From Pseudoxanthomonas sp. (GTDB lineage Bacteria > Pseudomonadota > Gammaproteobacteria > Xanthomonadales > Xanthomonadaceae): a stretch of 64,000 bases of DNA. Positions 1 to 9,733 of the stretch are shown here, one piece after another. Location of the stretch: positions 800-64,799 of the forward strand of contig JBDHQQ010000001.1 in the NCBI GenBank assembly GCA_039807145.1. Reading direction: 5' to 3'. The position numbers were made by a program, and so were the translations under genes. The first letter of the stretch is position 1, and each line of letters starts with the position of its first letter. The notes below the pieces were generated by a model. It made no database searches. It saw only the letters and a list, made by a program, of their open reading frames with translations, and had not been told where the DNA came from.

Positions 1-1027
1 GCATCGCCGCCGTTTTCGCCATCCGCGCACGGATCACCCGGGCGACATGTCGGCCCATCTGCTTCGCAGCGGGCGCCACGCCCGGCACCGGTTTGCCGTC
101 GCTCTGCACCGATGCGAGATCGCCGCCAACGAAGATGTCCGGATGGCCCGGCACGCTCAGGTCCGGTTGCACCACGACGCGCCCGGCGCGATCCAGTGGC
201 ACGTCGAGTGAACGCGCCAGCGGCGATGCGGCCACGCCCGCGGCCCAGACCACGGTCCGTGCGGGCACGAATTCGTCACCCAGCCGGTAACCGTCGGCAC
301 CGATCGCGCCGACCGGCGTGCCGGTGGCGACTTCGACACCGAGCTTGTGCAATTGTCGCCGCGCCTTCTCCGATAGGTCTTCGGGGAACGAGGACAGCAC
401 GCGCGGCCCCGCCTCGATCAGGCGCACGCGCGCCTCCGACGGATCGATGTTGCGGAACTCGTTCTTCAGCGTGTGCCGCGCGATCTCGGCCAGCGTGCCG
501 GCCAGTTCGACGCCGGTAGGTCCTCCGCCGACGATGGCGAAGTTGAGCCACGCGGCGCGCGCGGCCGGGTCGGTTTCCGCTTCGGCGCGTTCGAATGCGA
601 GCAGCAGCTTGCGGCGCAGGTCCAGCGCGTCGTCCAGCGTCTTCAGCCCCGGCGCGTGCGGTGCCCAGTCGTCGTGGCCGAAATAGGCGTGCGTGGCGCC
701 GGCGGCCAGCAGCAGCCAGTCGAAGCGCAGCACGCTGCCGTCGTCCAGCGTCACGGTCTTTTCGCCGGGCGAAATGCCGCGCGCTTCACCCAATCGCACT
801 TCGACGTTCCCTTGCCGGCGCAGGATGTGCCGCAGCGGCGCGGCGATGTCCGGTGCCGACAGTCCCGCGGTGGCGACCTGGTACAGCAGCGGCTGGAACA
901 GGTGGTGGTTGCGACGATCGATCAAAGTGATGCGCAAGGGCGTGCGCGCCAGCGCGCGCGTCGCCCACAGGCCGGCGAAACCGCCGCCGATGATCACCAG
1001 ATGGGGAAGGGGTTCGTGGTCGCTCAT
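1..1027 (-). CDS. ndh: Type II NADH dehydrogenase / FAD-dependent pyridine nucleotide-disulfide oxidoreductase (3' end runs off the window)
   Basis: Manual translation from ATG 1027: MSDHEPLPHLVIIGGGFAGL...HLFQPLLYQVATAGL...AIVGGGPTGVELAG; two Rossmann motifs typical of NDH-2. Not in the ORF track because it is truncated. Confidence 0.88.
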   Translation of the reverse strand, partial: MSDHEPLPHLVIIGGGFAGLWATRALARTPLRITLIDRRNHHLFQPLLYQVATAGLSAPDIAAPLRHILRRQGNVEVRLGEARGISPGEKTVTLDDGSVLRFDWLLLAAGATHAYFGHDDWAPHAPGLKTLDDALDLRRKLLLAFERAEAETDPAARAAWLNFAIVGGGPTGVELAGTLAEIARHTLKNEFRNIDPSEARVRLIEAGPRVLSSFPEDLSEKARRQLHKLGVEVATGTPVGAIGADGYRLGDEFVPARTVVWAAGVAASPLARSLDVPLDRAGRVVVQPDLSVPGHPDIFVGGDLASVQSDGKPVPGVAPAAKQMGRHVARVIRARMAKTAAM

Positions 1028-1034
1028 GCCGATA

Positions 1035-3239
1035 TCAATAAAGATCCAGAGGATCGACGTCCAGCGACCAGCGCACCTTGCGTGCTTCCGGCAGGTCGTG
1101 GAGCGAGGGCACTGTCGCATCGAGCGCGGCATGCAGCGCTCGACGGTTTGGCGAAGACAGCAACAGCTGCATGCGCTGGAAGCCAGCGCGGCGCGGCATC
1201 GGCGCGGGCATCGGTCCGTGCAGCGTAAGGCGCGGTTCGACGGGCGCACCACGAACGGCGTCTTCGAGCGCAATTCTGGCTGCCTGCAGGAACGCCTGCG
1301 CGGCGTCGACATGCTGCGCCTCGGCGCGCAGCAGGGCCAGGCGCGCGAACGGCGGGAACCCCGCGGCTTCGCGTTGCATCAGCTCGGTTGCCGCGGAGGC
1401 GGGATAGCCGCCATGGATCAGCGTTTGCAGCAACGCGTGGTCCGGATGATGGGTCTGCAGGCGGACTTCGCCGGGCTTGTCGGCGCGTCCCGCGCGTCCC
1501 GCGACCTGGACCAGCTGCTGCGCGAGTTTTTCGCCGGCGCGGAAATCGGCCGAAAACAGCCCTTCATCGACGCCGACCACCACCACCAGGGTCAGGTGCG
1601 GCAGGTCGTGCCCCTTGGCGAGGATCTGCGTGCCGACCAGGATGCCGGGCGCGTCGCCGAGGCTCTCCAGGTGTTTTTCCATCGCGTCCTTGCGCTGGGT
1701 GGTGCCGCGGTCGATGCGCAGTACCGGAAAGGCCGCGAACCTTTCCGCCAGCAGTTCCTCCAGCCGTTCGGTGCCGATGCCCTGCGGCTGCAGCGCCAGC
1801 CCGCCGCAGTCGGGGCAGGCTTGCGGCGCGGGCTGGCGATGGCCGCAGTGATGGCACTGCAGCCGGCGCCCGCCGGCGTGCACGGTCATCGTCGCGTCGC
1901 AGCGTTTGCAGTGCGCGCTCCAGCCGCAGTCGTGGCACAGCAGCGCGGGCGCGTAGCCGCGGCGGTTCTTGAATACCAGCACCTGCCCGCCGGCCCGCAG
2001 CGCGGTTTCGATCGCCTGCAAGGTTTCCGGCGACAACCCCGCCTGCAGCGGTCGCTTGCGCACGTCGACCACGCGTACTTCGGGTGGTTTGGCCTCGCCC
2101 GCGCGCCGTGAAAGGCGCAGGTGCGCGTAGCGGCCGACCTGGGCGTTGTGCAGCGATTCCAGCGACGGCGTGGCGCTGCCCAGCAGCACCGGCACGCCGA
2201 GCGCCCTGCCGCGCACCAGGGCGAAGTCGCGCGCGTGGTAGCGAATGCCGTCCTGTTGCTTGTAGCTGGCGTCGTGTTCCTCGTCGATGACGATCAGGCC
2301 GGCGTCGGGCAGCGGCGTGAATACCGCCGAGCGCGTGCCGACGATCACCCGTGCCTCGCCGCGCCACGCGGCGGCCCAGGTCCGCGCGCGCGCGTTGTCG
2401 TTCAAGCCCGAATGCAGTGCATGCACCGGCACGCCGAGGCGCGAACGGAAGCGGACCAGGGTTTGCGGGGTCAGGCCGATTTCCGGCACCAGCACCAGCG
2501 CCTGTTTGCCGCGCGCCAGGCAGTCGGCGATGGCGCGCAGGTAGACTTCGGTCTTGCCGCTGCCGGTGACGCCTTCCAGCAGGATCGGGACGAAACCGTC
2601 GGCCATCGCGATGGCTTCCGTCGCCGCCTGCTGCTCGGCATTCAAGACGGGGCCGGGCTGCGGCACCGGGGCGATCTGCGCGGCGGGCACGGCGATGCGC
2701 GCCGCGAATCCGCGCCTGGCCAACGCGCGCGCGGCACCGCGCCAGTCTTCGAGCAGGTCGTCGAGGCTGTCCTCGTCGCGGATGTTTTCGTCCAGCAGTT
2801 CGGCCAGCCGGCGTGGCCGGGTGCCGGTGCGCAGCCTGGCAAGGCCGGCCGCGCCTTCAGGCGTCAGCCGCCAGGCCCAGGCGTGGGTATCGGGCAACGG
2901 CTCACCGCGGCGCAGCGCGGCGGGCAGGGCGGTGGCGAATACCTCGCCCTGCGGCGCATGGGTGTAGCGCGCAAGCCAGCGCAGCGATTCCGGCAGCTCG
3001 CCGTGGAACAGCGGCGCCTCGTCGAGCAGGGCCAGCGCGTGGCGCAACTCGGGTGCGTCTTCGGAGGCCGCGCCGATCCCGACGACCACGCCGCACAGTT
3101 CGCGCGGGCCGAATGGCACCCGCACCCGCCGGCCCACGTCGCCCTCGTCGGCCGCATGGCCAAGGGGCGGCAGGTAGTCGAAGCGCCGCGGCAGGGGCAC
3201 CGGCAGGGCGACATGCAGGACGGGGGAAGAGGCGGGCAT
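1035..3239 (-). CDS. priA: Primosomal protein N' (replication restart helicase)
   Basis: GVTGSGKTEVY Walker A, DEEH, zinc motifs CHDC/CKRC/CHHC/CPDC, QVAGRAGR, C-terminal WSLDVDP; start moved to second Met. Confidence 0.96.
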   Translation of the reverse strand: MPASSPVLHVALPVPLPRRFDYLPPLGHAADEGDVGRRVRVPFGPRELCGVVVGIGAASEDAPELRHALALLDEAPLFHGELPESLRWLARYTHAPQGEVFATALPAALRRGEPLPDTHAWAWRLTPEGAAGLARLRTGTRPRRLAELLDENIRDEDSLDDLLEDWRGAARALARRGFAARIAVPAAQIAPVPQPGPVLNAEQQAATEAIAMADGFVPILLEGVTGSGKTEVYLRAIADCLARGKQALVLVPEIGLTPQTLVRFRSRLGVPVHALHSGLNDNARARTWAAAWRGEARVIVGTRSAVFTPLPDAGLIVIDEEHDASYKQQDGIRYHARDFALVRGRALGVPVLLGSATPSLESLHNAQVGRYAHLRLSRRAGEAKPPEVRVVDVRKRPLQAGLSPETLQAIETALRAGGQVLVFKNRRGYAPALLCHDCGWSAHCKRCDATMTVHAGGRRLQCHHCGHRQPAPQACPDCGGLALQPQGIGTERLEELLAERFAAFPVLRIDRGTTQRKDAMEKHLESLGDAPGILVGTQILAKGHDLPHLTLVVVVGVDEGLFSADFRAGEKLAQQLVQVAGRAGRADKPGEVRLQTHHPDHALLQTLIHGGYPASAATELMQREAAGFPPFARLALLRAEAQHVDAAQAFLQAARIALEDAVRGAPVEPRLTLHGPMPAPMPRRAGFQRMQLLLSSPNRRALHAALDATVPSLHDLPEARKVRWSLDVDPLDLY

Positions 3240-3355
3240 CCGCGCCAGTTTACCCAGCGCCGGCAAGCGTTCGCGGCGAGCGCCAGTTGCGCGCGATTGC
3301 TGTCCGCAGGGTGACGAATATCACGCAAACCATGGCCACGCCTGGAGATTCCGGC

Positions 3356-3568
3356 TTATCCACAAAAGTTGTGGATAAGACTGTGCATGTCGCTTGCGCA
3401 TCGGCCCTCGGGCGCCCGTGTCAGGAGCCTCGGCGCGGATTGGCGAAAAAAACGCCAAACACACTTTCTTTTTTGAAATCAATAACTTGGTTGTGAAATA
3501 AAGCGGTAAAAATTGTTCCGGGGGGCGGTTCGCCGGAAAAATGACGCTTTTGCAACGGCTGTGCACAA
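3356..3568. promoter_or_regulatory. DnaA-box cluster with IHF site (DARS2/datA-like)
   Basis: TTATCCACA 3356-3364 and TGTGGATAA 3370-3378 (perfect, inverted, 5-bp spacer); degenerate boxes 3382-3390, 3492-3500, 3560-3568; IHF consensus AATCAATAACTTG 3477-3489 preceded by a T-tract; AT-rich island in high-GC DNA. Confidence 0.75.
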
Positions 3569-3640
3569 CGCGGAAACTGCTAAGCCCTTGTTGTACATGA
3601 GAGTAGGGGCATACCGGTGCAGGGACGCCCGCCGCACGGC

Positions 3641-4792
3641 TCAGGCATGGACCACGCTGTAGACCACCAGCGCCAGCACGGCGAGGACGACCAGGAACAG
3701 GTACACGCTGCCCAGCGCGAAATATTTCAGCAGGGTCTTCGGCCAGCCCTGGCCGTAGACGCGCTTCTGCATCAGCAGCAGGTACGCCGGCATGGAACAC
3801 CACAGCAACGCACCGAGCCAGCCGGCCCCCGCCGCCGCCCAGGCGGCGCGCGGCGCCAGCCAGTCTGCGGCAATCGACAGCAGGCACAGCATCAGCACGA
3901 TCAGCAGCAGCCAGGAATGGCTGTACAGGGCCACGACCAGATGTTCCAGGTAGATCCGGCCGGAACGGAGGTAGGCCAGCTTCAGCAGCAGGGCGAACAG
4001 CGGCACCAGCACGAATAGCGCCTTCGGCATCGCGCCGAAGAACGCACGTTGGAACAATTCGGGATCTTGCTGGATGCGCGACAGGTTGCGCTTGCCCTGC
4101 GCGGCCTCGGCGGTCAGCCAGCGGTTGGCGAAGTCGGGAAGTCCGCCGATCCGGATGGGATGCTTGGCCGCGTCCCAGTCGATCGTTCCCCCTAGGTCCA
4201 CCTTGCTCGGTGGCGGAACCGGCTTGTCGCTGGCGGCGGCCTCGCGCAGTTCGGCGATGCGCCGGTCGGTGGCGGCATTGATCGCGGCGATGCCGGCGTC
4301 GATGCCCTTGCGCCCAGCCGCTGCCGGTCCGGTCATCTCGGCGCGTGCTTCCTGCAGGGGCTTCAGCGCGCGCTCGCGTCGCTGTTCCGCGTCGGCCACG
4401 CTCGTCGCGGCGCCGACGTCGTCCATGGTCCGCGCCGGCACGCCGTTGATCTTCACCACGTCGGGATGGTCGTTGGCGGCCAGGGCGAAATGGGCGACGA
4501 CGACGGCCAGCAGGCTCATCACCACGAACAGGCGCAGCGGCGCGACGTAATCGACGCGGTGGCCGGCGAGGTAGCGGTTGGCGACCAGGCCCGGCGGTAC
4601 CAGTAGGTCGCGCAAGGTGCGGAACACGCGCCCGTCCAGGTGCCAGAAGGATTCGACCAGTTCCTCCAGCGCGTGCCAGGCATTGCGCAGCGGGTTGTGG
4701 GTGGACTGGCCGCAGGCATGGCAATACTGGCCCAGCAGCGGCGTGGCGCAGTTTTCGCAATGGGCGGGGACGTGCGGCGCGGTGTCGGTCAT
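3641..4792 (-). CDS. DUF3667 domain membrane protein
   Basis: N-terminal CENC...YCHACGQ zinc ribbon, LDGRVFRTLRDLL, Y-x-x-PLRLF, C-terminal TM helices with YLEHLVVALYSH. Confidence 0.8.
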   Translation of the reverse strand: MTDTAPHVPAHCENCATPLLGQYCHACGQSTHNPLRNAWHALEELVESFWHLDGRVFRTLRDLLVPPGLVANRYLAGHRVDYVAPLRLFVVMSLLAVVVAHFALAANDHPDVVKINGVPARTMDDVGAATSVADAEQRRERALKPLQEARAEMTGPAAAGRKGIDAGIAAINAATDRRIAELREAAASDKPVPPPSKVDLGGTIDWDAAKHPIRIGGLPDFANRWLTAEAAQGKRNLSRIQQDPELFQRAFFGAMPKALFVLVPLFALLLKLAYLRSGRIYLEHLVVALYSHSWLLLIVLMLCLLSIAADWLAPRAAWAAAGAGWLGALLWCSMPAYLLLMQKRVYGQGWPKTLLKYFALGSVYLFLVVLAVLALVVYSVVHA

Positions 4793-4946
4793 GCGGGCGG
4801 CCTCGGTTGGCCGGGCGAAGATACCTTGCGCGCAAGGCATGCGGAAGGCGGAACGGACGGGAAACCGCTAGACTGCGCGCCTTCCCGGCCCGGAGCCAGC
4901 GCGACGCCTTCTGCGTGCGCGCCGCAGTCGGGCGTGTCGTTTCCCC

Positions 4947-6314
4947 ATGTCTTCCCCGACCCTTTCCCCGCGCCGCTTCGGCGACGAAGTGCGCGCCACG
5001 GCGATGCTCGCGTTGCCGCTGGTGCTGGGCCACGTGTCCACCGGCCTGATCGGCTTCGTCGACAACCTGATCGCCGGCCGTCACGGCACCGCGACATTGG
5101 CCTCGGTGACCGTCGGCACGGCACTGCTGTGGCTGCCGATGATGGTGCCGATCGGCACGCTGATCGCGCTGACCGCCTCGGTGTCGCAGCTGCACGGCGC
5201 GCGCCGCCACGGCGAAATCGGCCCGCTGTTCCGCCAGGCGCTGTGGCTGTCGCTGGGCATCGGCGTACTGATGTTCGCCTTCCTGAGCCTGGCGCCGCTG
5301 CTGCTGCAGCCATTCGGCATCGCCGCGGACATCGTGCCCGGCGCGATCGCCTTCCTGCATGCGATCCGCTGGGGCGTGCCGGCACTGGTGCTGTTCTTCT
5401 GCATGCGCTACCTGAGCGAAGGCATGCACTGGACGCTGCCGACCATGCTGCTGGGTTTCGGCGGGCTGGCGCTGCTGGCGCCGCTGGGCTGGACGCTGAC
5501 CTTCGGCCACTTCGGCGCGCCGGCGATGGGCGCAGCGGGGCTGGGCGTGGCATCGGCGGTGATGATGTGGACGCAGGCGTCGGCGTTCGCGCTGTACCTG
5601 TGGAAGGCCAGGCGTTTCGCCCACTTGGGGCTGTTCGCGCGCTTCGAGCCGCCGCGCTGGCCGGAAGTCGTGCAGTTGCTGAAGACCGGCCTGCCGATCG
5701 GCGTGACCATCCTGATGGAAGGCAGCCTTTTCATCGTCACCGCGCTGCTGATCGCGCGGCTGGGCGCGGTGCCGGCCGCTGCGCACCAGGTCGCGATCAA
5801 CGTCGCCCAGCTGTGCTTCATGCTGCCGATGGGCGTGGCCGAGGCGACCACGGTGCGGGTCGGCTTCGCCCTGGGCGCGGACGACGCGCGCGGCATCCGC
5901 CGCGCCGCGCACGCGGGCTACGCCATCGTGCTGGCCACCCAGGCGCTGTCGGCGACGGTGCTGCTGTTCGGCCACGACGCGGTGGCCGCGGTGTACACGC
6001 GCGACATCGCGGTGGTGTCGCTGGCGGGCACCCTGCTGCTGTTCGCGGCGGCGTTCCAGTTTCCCGACGGCGTGCAGGTACTGTCGGCCGGCGCGCTGCG
6101 CGGGCTCAAGGACACGCGCGTGCCGATGTGGCTGGCGATGGCCGCCTACTGGGGCATCGGCATGCCGCTGGGCGTCGGCCTGGGGTTGGGACTGGGCTGG
6201 GGGCCGCAGGGCATGTGGGTGGGTCTGATCGCCGGCCTGACCGCGGCGGCGCTGGCGCTGGCGACGCGTTTCGAACGCAGCAGTTCGCGCCTGTTGAAGG
6301 TCCGTCCGGCGTGA
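4947..6314 (+). CDS. MATE family efflux transporter (NorM-like)
   Basis: 455 aa, ~12 hydrophobic segments, GFVD, LMEGSLF, AAHQVA, FQFPDGVQ...GALRGLKDT. Confidence 0.92.
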   Translation: MSSPTLSPRRFGDEVRATAMLALPLVLGHVSTGLIGFVDNLIAGRHGTATLASVTVGTALLWLPMMVPIGTLIALTASVSQLHGARRHGEIGPLFRQALWLSLGIGVLMFAFLSLAPLLLQPFGIAADIVPGAIAFLHAIRWGVPALVLFFCMRYLSEGMHWTLPTMLLGFGGLALLAPLGWTLTFGHFGAPAMGAAGLGVASAVMMWTQASAFALYLWKARRFAHLGLFARFEPPRWPEVVQLLKTGLPIGVTILMEGSLFIVTALLIARLGAVPAAAHQVAINVAQLCFMLPMGVAEATTVRVGFALGADDARGIRRAAHAGYAIVLATQALSATVLLFGHDAVAAVYTRDIAVVSLAGTLLLFAAAFQFPDGVQVLSAGALRGLKDTRVPMWLAMAAYWGIGMPLGVGLGLGLGWGPQGMWVGLIAGLTAAALALATRFERSSSRLLKVRPA

Positions 6315-6315
6315 A

Positions 6316-6446
6316 CCTCCTCCCTTGCGCACGCAGCGCAGGGAAGGGTTGGGGAGGGGTGCTTTTGATCTTGCTTTGCTTCTCAACCCGAAAAGCAACG
6401 GCACCCCTCCTCTATTCTCCCCTGCGCTGCGCGCAGGGGAGGGGGC
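6316..6446. repeat. Family B long palindromic intergenic repeat (CCCTCTCCC...GGGAGAGGG type)
   Basis: Terminal hairpins ctcccttgcgc..gcgcagggaaggg and ctcccctgcgc..gcgcaggggaggg with internal inverted aggggtgc/gcacccct; same architecture at 13161 and 28666. Confidence 0.7.
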
Positions 6447-6521
6447 TCGATCCCATGACTTCGGACGCATGAATCCGGCCGCGGAAACCGTTAGGCTGGT
6501 CGCAGTTTTCCGGAGCTTTCG

Positions 6522-8447
6522 ATGAACCAGCCTGCCCCCACCGTCCCGCCGGCGCTGCCGGCCCGCCGCAATCCCGTCGTCGCGTTCTTCGTCGGCCTAT
6601 GGGACGTGATGAACTTCACCCGCCGGCTGATCCTCAACCTCCTGTTCTTCGGCCTGCTGCTGCTGTTCCTCGCCGTGCTGCTGATGAGCATCGGCAGGGG
6701 CGGACTGGAACCGCTGCAGTCGCGCACCACGCTGGTCATCGCGCCGGAAGGCCGCATCGTCGAGCAGTTCACCAAGGATGCGGCGATGCGCGCGCTGGCC
6801 CGCGCCACCGGCGACAAGGGCGCAGAGGAAGTGCAGTTGCGCGACCTGCTGCGCGCGATCAAGGCGGCGAAGGAAGACAAGAACGTCGAGCGCGTGCTGC
6901 TGGAAGTGGACAAGCTGCAGCCCGACGGCTACGCCAGCCTCAACGAGGTCGCCCGCGCGCTGGCCGACCTGCGTTCCTCGGGCAAGCAGGTCGTCGCCTT
7001 CAGCGAAGGCATGAGCCAGTGGCAGTACCTGCTGGCCGCGCAGGCCAACGAGATCTATCTCGACCCGATGGGCAGCGTGGTGCTGGAAGGCATGGGCCGC
7101 TATCGCCAGTACTACCGCAAGGCGCTGCAGGACAAGCTGGGCGTCGACGTGCACCTGTTCCGCGTGGGCGAATACAAGTCGGCCGCCGAGCCTTACATCC
7201 TCGACGCCGCGTCGAAGGAAGCCAAGGAAGCCGACCTGTTCTGGATGGGCGACATCTGGCAGCGCTACCTCGGCGACATCGCCAAACTGCGCAAGTCCAC
7301 GCCGCAGCAACTCGCGGCCGGCATCGACACGCTGCCCGAAGGCGTTGCCGCGGCGGGCGGCGACCTGGCGCGCTTCGCCCTGCAGCAGAAGCTGGTCGAC
7401 GGATTGAAGACCCGCGAGGAAGTCGAGGACCTGCTGGCCGAGCGCGGCGTCGCCGACGCCGATTCGGACAATGGTTTCCGCAGCGTCGATTTCGGCGGCT
7501 ACCTGGCGCGGCTGGACGCGGCCGCCGCGCTGCCGCTGGACAAGCGCCCGCAGGTGGCCATCGTGGTCGCGGCCGGCGAGATCAGCGGCGGCGAGCAGCC
7601 GCCGGGCAAGGTCGGCGGCGAGTCCACCGCCGCGCTGCTGCGCGACGCGCGCGACGATGACGACGTGAAGGCCGTGGTGCTGCGCGTTGATTCGCCGGGC
7701 GGCGAGGTGTTCGCTTCCGAGCAGATCCGCCGCGAAGTGGTCAAGCTGAAGGAAGCCGGCAAGCCGGTGGTGGTGTCGATGGGCGACCTGGCCGCGTCCG
7801 GCGGCTACTGGATCAGCATGAACGCCGACCGTATCTACGCCGATGCGTCGACGGTCAGCGGTTCCATCGGCATCTTCGGCCTGATTCCCAACGTCACCCG
7901 CACGCTGGACAAGATCGGCGTGCACACCGACGGCGTCGGCACCACGCGTTTCGCGGGTGCGTTCGACATCAGCCGCCCGCTCGATCCGGGCGTCGGCCAG
8001 CTGATCCAGTCGGTGATCGACAAGGGCTACGCCGATTTCACCGGCAAGGTCGCCGCCGCGCGCAAGAAGAGCGTCGAACAGGTCGACGAAGTCGGCCGCG
8101 GCCGCGTGTGGAGCGGTGCGCAGGCGAAGGAACGCGGCCTGGTCGACGAACTCGGCGGCCTGGATTCGGCCATCGCCGACGCCGCCGCGCGCGCCAAGCT
8201 GGGCCAGCCCGGCAAGTTCCGCGTGCGCTACGTCGAGCAGACGATCTCGCCGCTGCAGCAGCTGTTCGGCGGTTTCGCCCAGAGCCGCGCCGGCGCGGCG
8301 TGGCTGAAGGATTCGTCCTTCGCCCGCGCCCTGCTGCTGAAGTCGATGCCGGAAACCGAAGCGCAGCTGCGCTTCGTCGAGAACGCGGTCAAGGACAGGA
8401 ACGGCCAGCCGGTGAAGGCGCTGGCGTACTGCTTCTGCGGGTTCTGA
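6522..8447 (+). CDS. sppA: Signal peptide peptidase SppA (protease IV, 67K type)
   Basis: VGEYKSAAEP, LRVDSPGG, VSMGDLAASGGYWIS, GSIGIFG, GRVWSG. Confidence 0.95.
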   Translation: MNQPAPTVPPALPARRNPVVAFFVGLWDVMNFTRRLILNLLFFGLLLLFLAVLLMSIGRGGLEPLQSRTTLVIAPEGRIVEQFTKDAAMRALARATGDKGAEEVQLRDLLRAIKAAKEDKNVERVLLEVDKLQPDGYASLNEVARALADLRSSGKQVVAFSEGMSQWQYLLAAQANEIYLDPMGSVVLEGMGRYRQYYRKALQDKLGVDVHLFRVGEYKSAAEPYILDAASKEAKEADLFWMGDIWQRYLGDIAKLRKSTPQQLAAGIDTLPEGVAAAGGDLARFALQQKLVDGLKTREEVEDLLAERGVADADSDNGFRSVDFGGYLARLDAAAALPLDKRPQVAIVVAAGEISGGEQPPGKVGGESTAALLRDARDDDDVKAVVLRVDSPGGEVFASEQIRREVVKLKEAGKPVVVSMGDLAASGGYWISMNADRIYADASTVSGSIGIFGLIPNVTRTLDKIGVHTDGVGTTRFAGAFDISRPLDPGVGQLIQSVIDKGYADFTGKVAAARKKSVEQVDEVGRGRVWSGAQAKERGLVDELGGLDSAIADAAARAKLGQPGKFRVRYVEQTISPLQQLFGGFAQSRAGAAWLKDSSFARALLLKSMPETEAQLRFVENAVKDRNGQPVKALAYCFCGF

Positions 8448-8458
8448 TGCGGAAACAA

Positions 8459-8535
8459 GTGGGCACGAAAAGCGTGCCCACCCTGCGATCCTGATGCTTC
8501 TGGTCGCGAACCCCTCTTCCGTCGGGAGAGGGGTT
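8459..8535. repeat. Two hairpins between convergent genes: GTGG-type REP-like palindrome and family B half-site (possible terminators)
   Basis: GTGGGCACG-aaaag-CGTGCCCAC 8459-8481; AACCCCTCTTCC-gtc-GGGAGAGGGGTT 8509-8535. Confidence 0.6.
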
Positions 8536-8542
8536 CCTGTCG

Positions 8543-8791
8543 TTACTGTGCCTGCGCATCGATCGCCGCGCGCTGCGCATCGGCCGCCTGCTGCACCTGG
8601 TCTTCCGTCGCGCGCGCCTTGTCCTGCGGGGCCTGGATCGCATCGCGCAGTTCGGTGTGCTGTTCGGCGGCGGGTGTCGCGACGGCGGCCTGCGGTTCGG
8701 GCGGCTGGTCGGTCGGCGGCGGCTGCGGCGTGCAGGCGGCGACGCTGCCGAGCAGGGCGGCGATGGCGGTGTTGCGCAGGGTCAAGTTCAT
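8543..8791 (-). CDS. Small hypothetical lipoprotein
   Basis: [20 protein letters not shown] lipobox, Pro-rich linker, helical C-terminus; GGAG RBS upstream. Confidence 0.75.
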   Translation of the reverse strand: MNLTLRNTAIAALLGSVAACTPQPPPTDQPPEPQAAVATPAAEQHTELRDAIQAPQDKARATEDQVQQAADAQRAAIDAQAQ

Positions 8792-8848
8792 CAACGGGCT
8801 CCGGCGGTGGCGTGGCGTTATCCTACGCCGGCAACCGGAGACGAGCGC

Positions 8849-9625
8849 ATGACCGCGAACCGCTGGCGGCTGGACGGACAAATCGCCCTGATCACCGGCG
8901 CCAGCGCCGGCATCGGCTTGGCCGTCGCCCGCGAACTGCTGGGGCTGGGCGCCGACGCGATGCTGGTGGCGCGCGACGAAGGCGCGCTGGAGGCCGCGCG
9001 CGACGACCTGGCCGATGAATTCCCCGACCGGCGCGTGCTGGGCCTGGCCGCCGACGCGACCGACGACAACGACCGCCGCGCGATCCTCGATTGGGTCGAG
9101 GACCACGCCGACGGCTTGCACGTGCTGGTCAACAACGTCGGCGGCAACGTCACCAAGCCCGCGGTGGACTACGGCGAAGACGAGTGGCGCGGCATCTTCG
9201 AAACCAACCTGTTCTCCGCGTTCGAATTGTCTCGACTGGCCTATCCGCTGCTGACCCGGCACGCGGCTTCCAGCATCGTCAACGTCGGCAGCGTGTCGGG
9301 CGTCGTCGCGGTGCGCAGCGGCGCGCCCTACGGCATGAGCAAGGCCGCGCTGCACCAGCTCACGCGCAATCTGGCCGCGGAATGGGCCGAGGACGGCGTG
9401 CGAGTCAATTCGGTGGCGCCGTGGTACATCCGCACGCGCCGTACGTCCGCGCCGCTGTCGGACACCGACTACTACGAGGAAGTGATCGACCGCACGCCGA
9501 TGCGCCGCATCGGCGAGCCGGAGGAAGTCGCCGCCGCGGTCGCGTTCCTGTGCCTTCCCGCGGCCAGCTACATCACCGGCGAATGCATCGCGGTGGATGG
9601 CGGGTTCCTGCGCTACGGGTTCTGA
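8849..9625 (+). CDS. SDR family oxidoreductase (tropinone reductase-like)
   Basis: [29 protein letters not shown]. Confidence 0.9.
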   Translation: MTANRWRLDGQIALITGASAGIGLAVARELLGLGADAMLVARDEGALEAARDDLADEFPDRRVLGLAADATDDNDRRAILDWVEDHADGLHVLVNNVGGNVTKPAVDYGEDEWRGIFETNLFSAFELSRLAYPLLTRHAASSIVNVGSVSGVVAVRSGAPYGMSKAALHQLTRNLAAEWAEDGVRVNSVAPWYIRTRRTSAPLSDTDYYEEVIDRTPMRRIGEPEEVAAAVAFLCLPAASYITGECIAVDGGFLRYGF

Positions 9626-9687
9626 GGCCGGTTCGATCGATACGAATATCGGGCTGTCGTTCCGAGCGTAGCGAGGATATTGCTTTA

Positions 9688-9721
9688 GTTCGTCATTCCC
9701 TCGCAGACGGGAATGACGAAC
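9688..9721. repeat. Family C palindrome (GTCATTCCC...GGGAATGAC), possible bidirectional terminator
   Basis: 13-bp stem GTTCGTCATTCCC / GGGAATGACGAAC between convergent SDR and cca; related copies at 13055 and 13322. Confidence 0.65.
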
Positions 9722-9733
9722 GGTAAGTAGCGA

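Noticed and set aside
3340-3600. Possible oriC
   Set aside because: No dnaA/dnaN/gidA context and no clear DUE repeat array; treated as a DARS/datA-like site instead, though oriC cannot be formally excluded from this window.
3321-6470. 1049-aa minus-strand ORF, and similar very long ORFs such as 41411-44608, 44274-47294 and 36465-39125
   Set aside because: Arg/Ala/Pro-rich shadow frames overlapping well-supported genes; expected in high-GC DNA.
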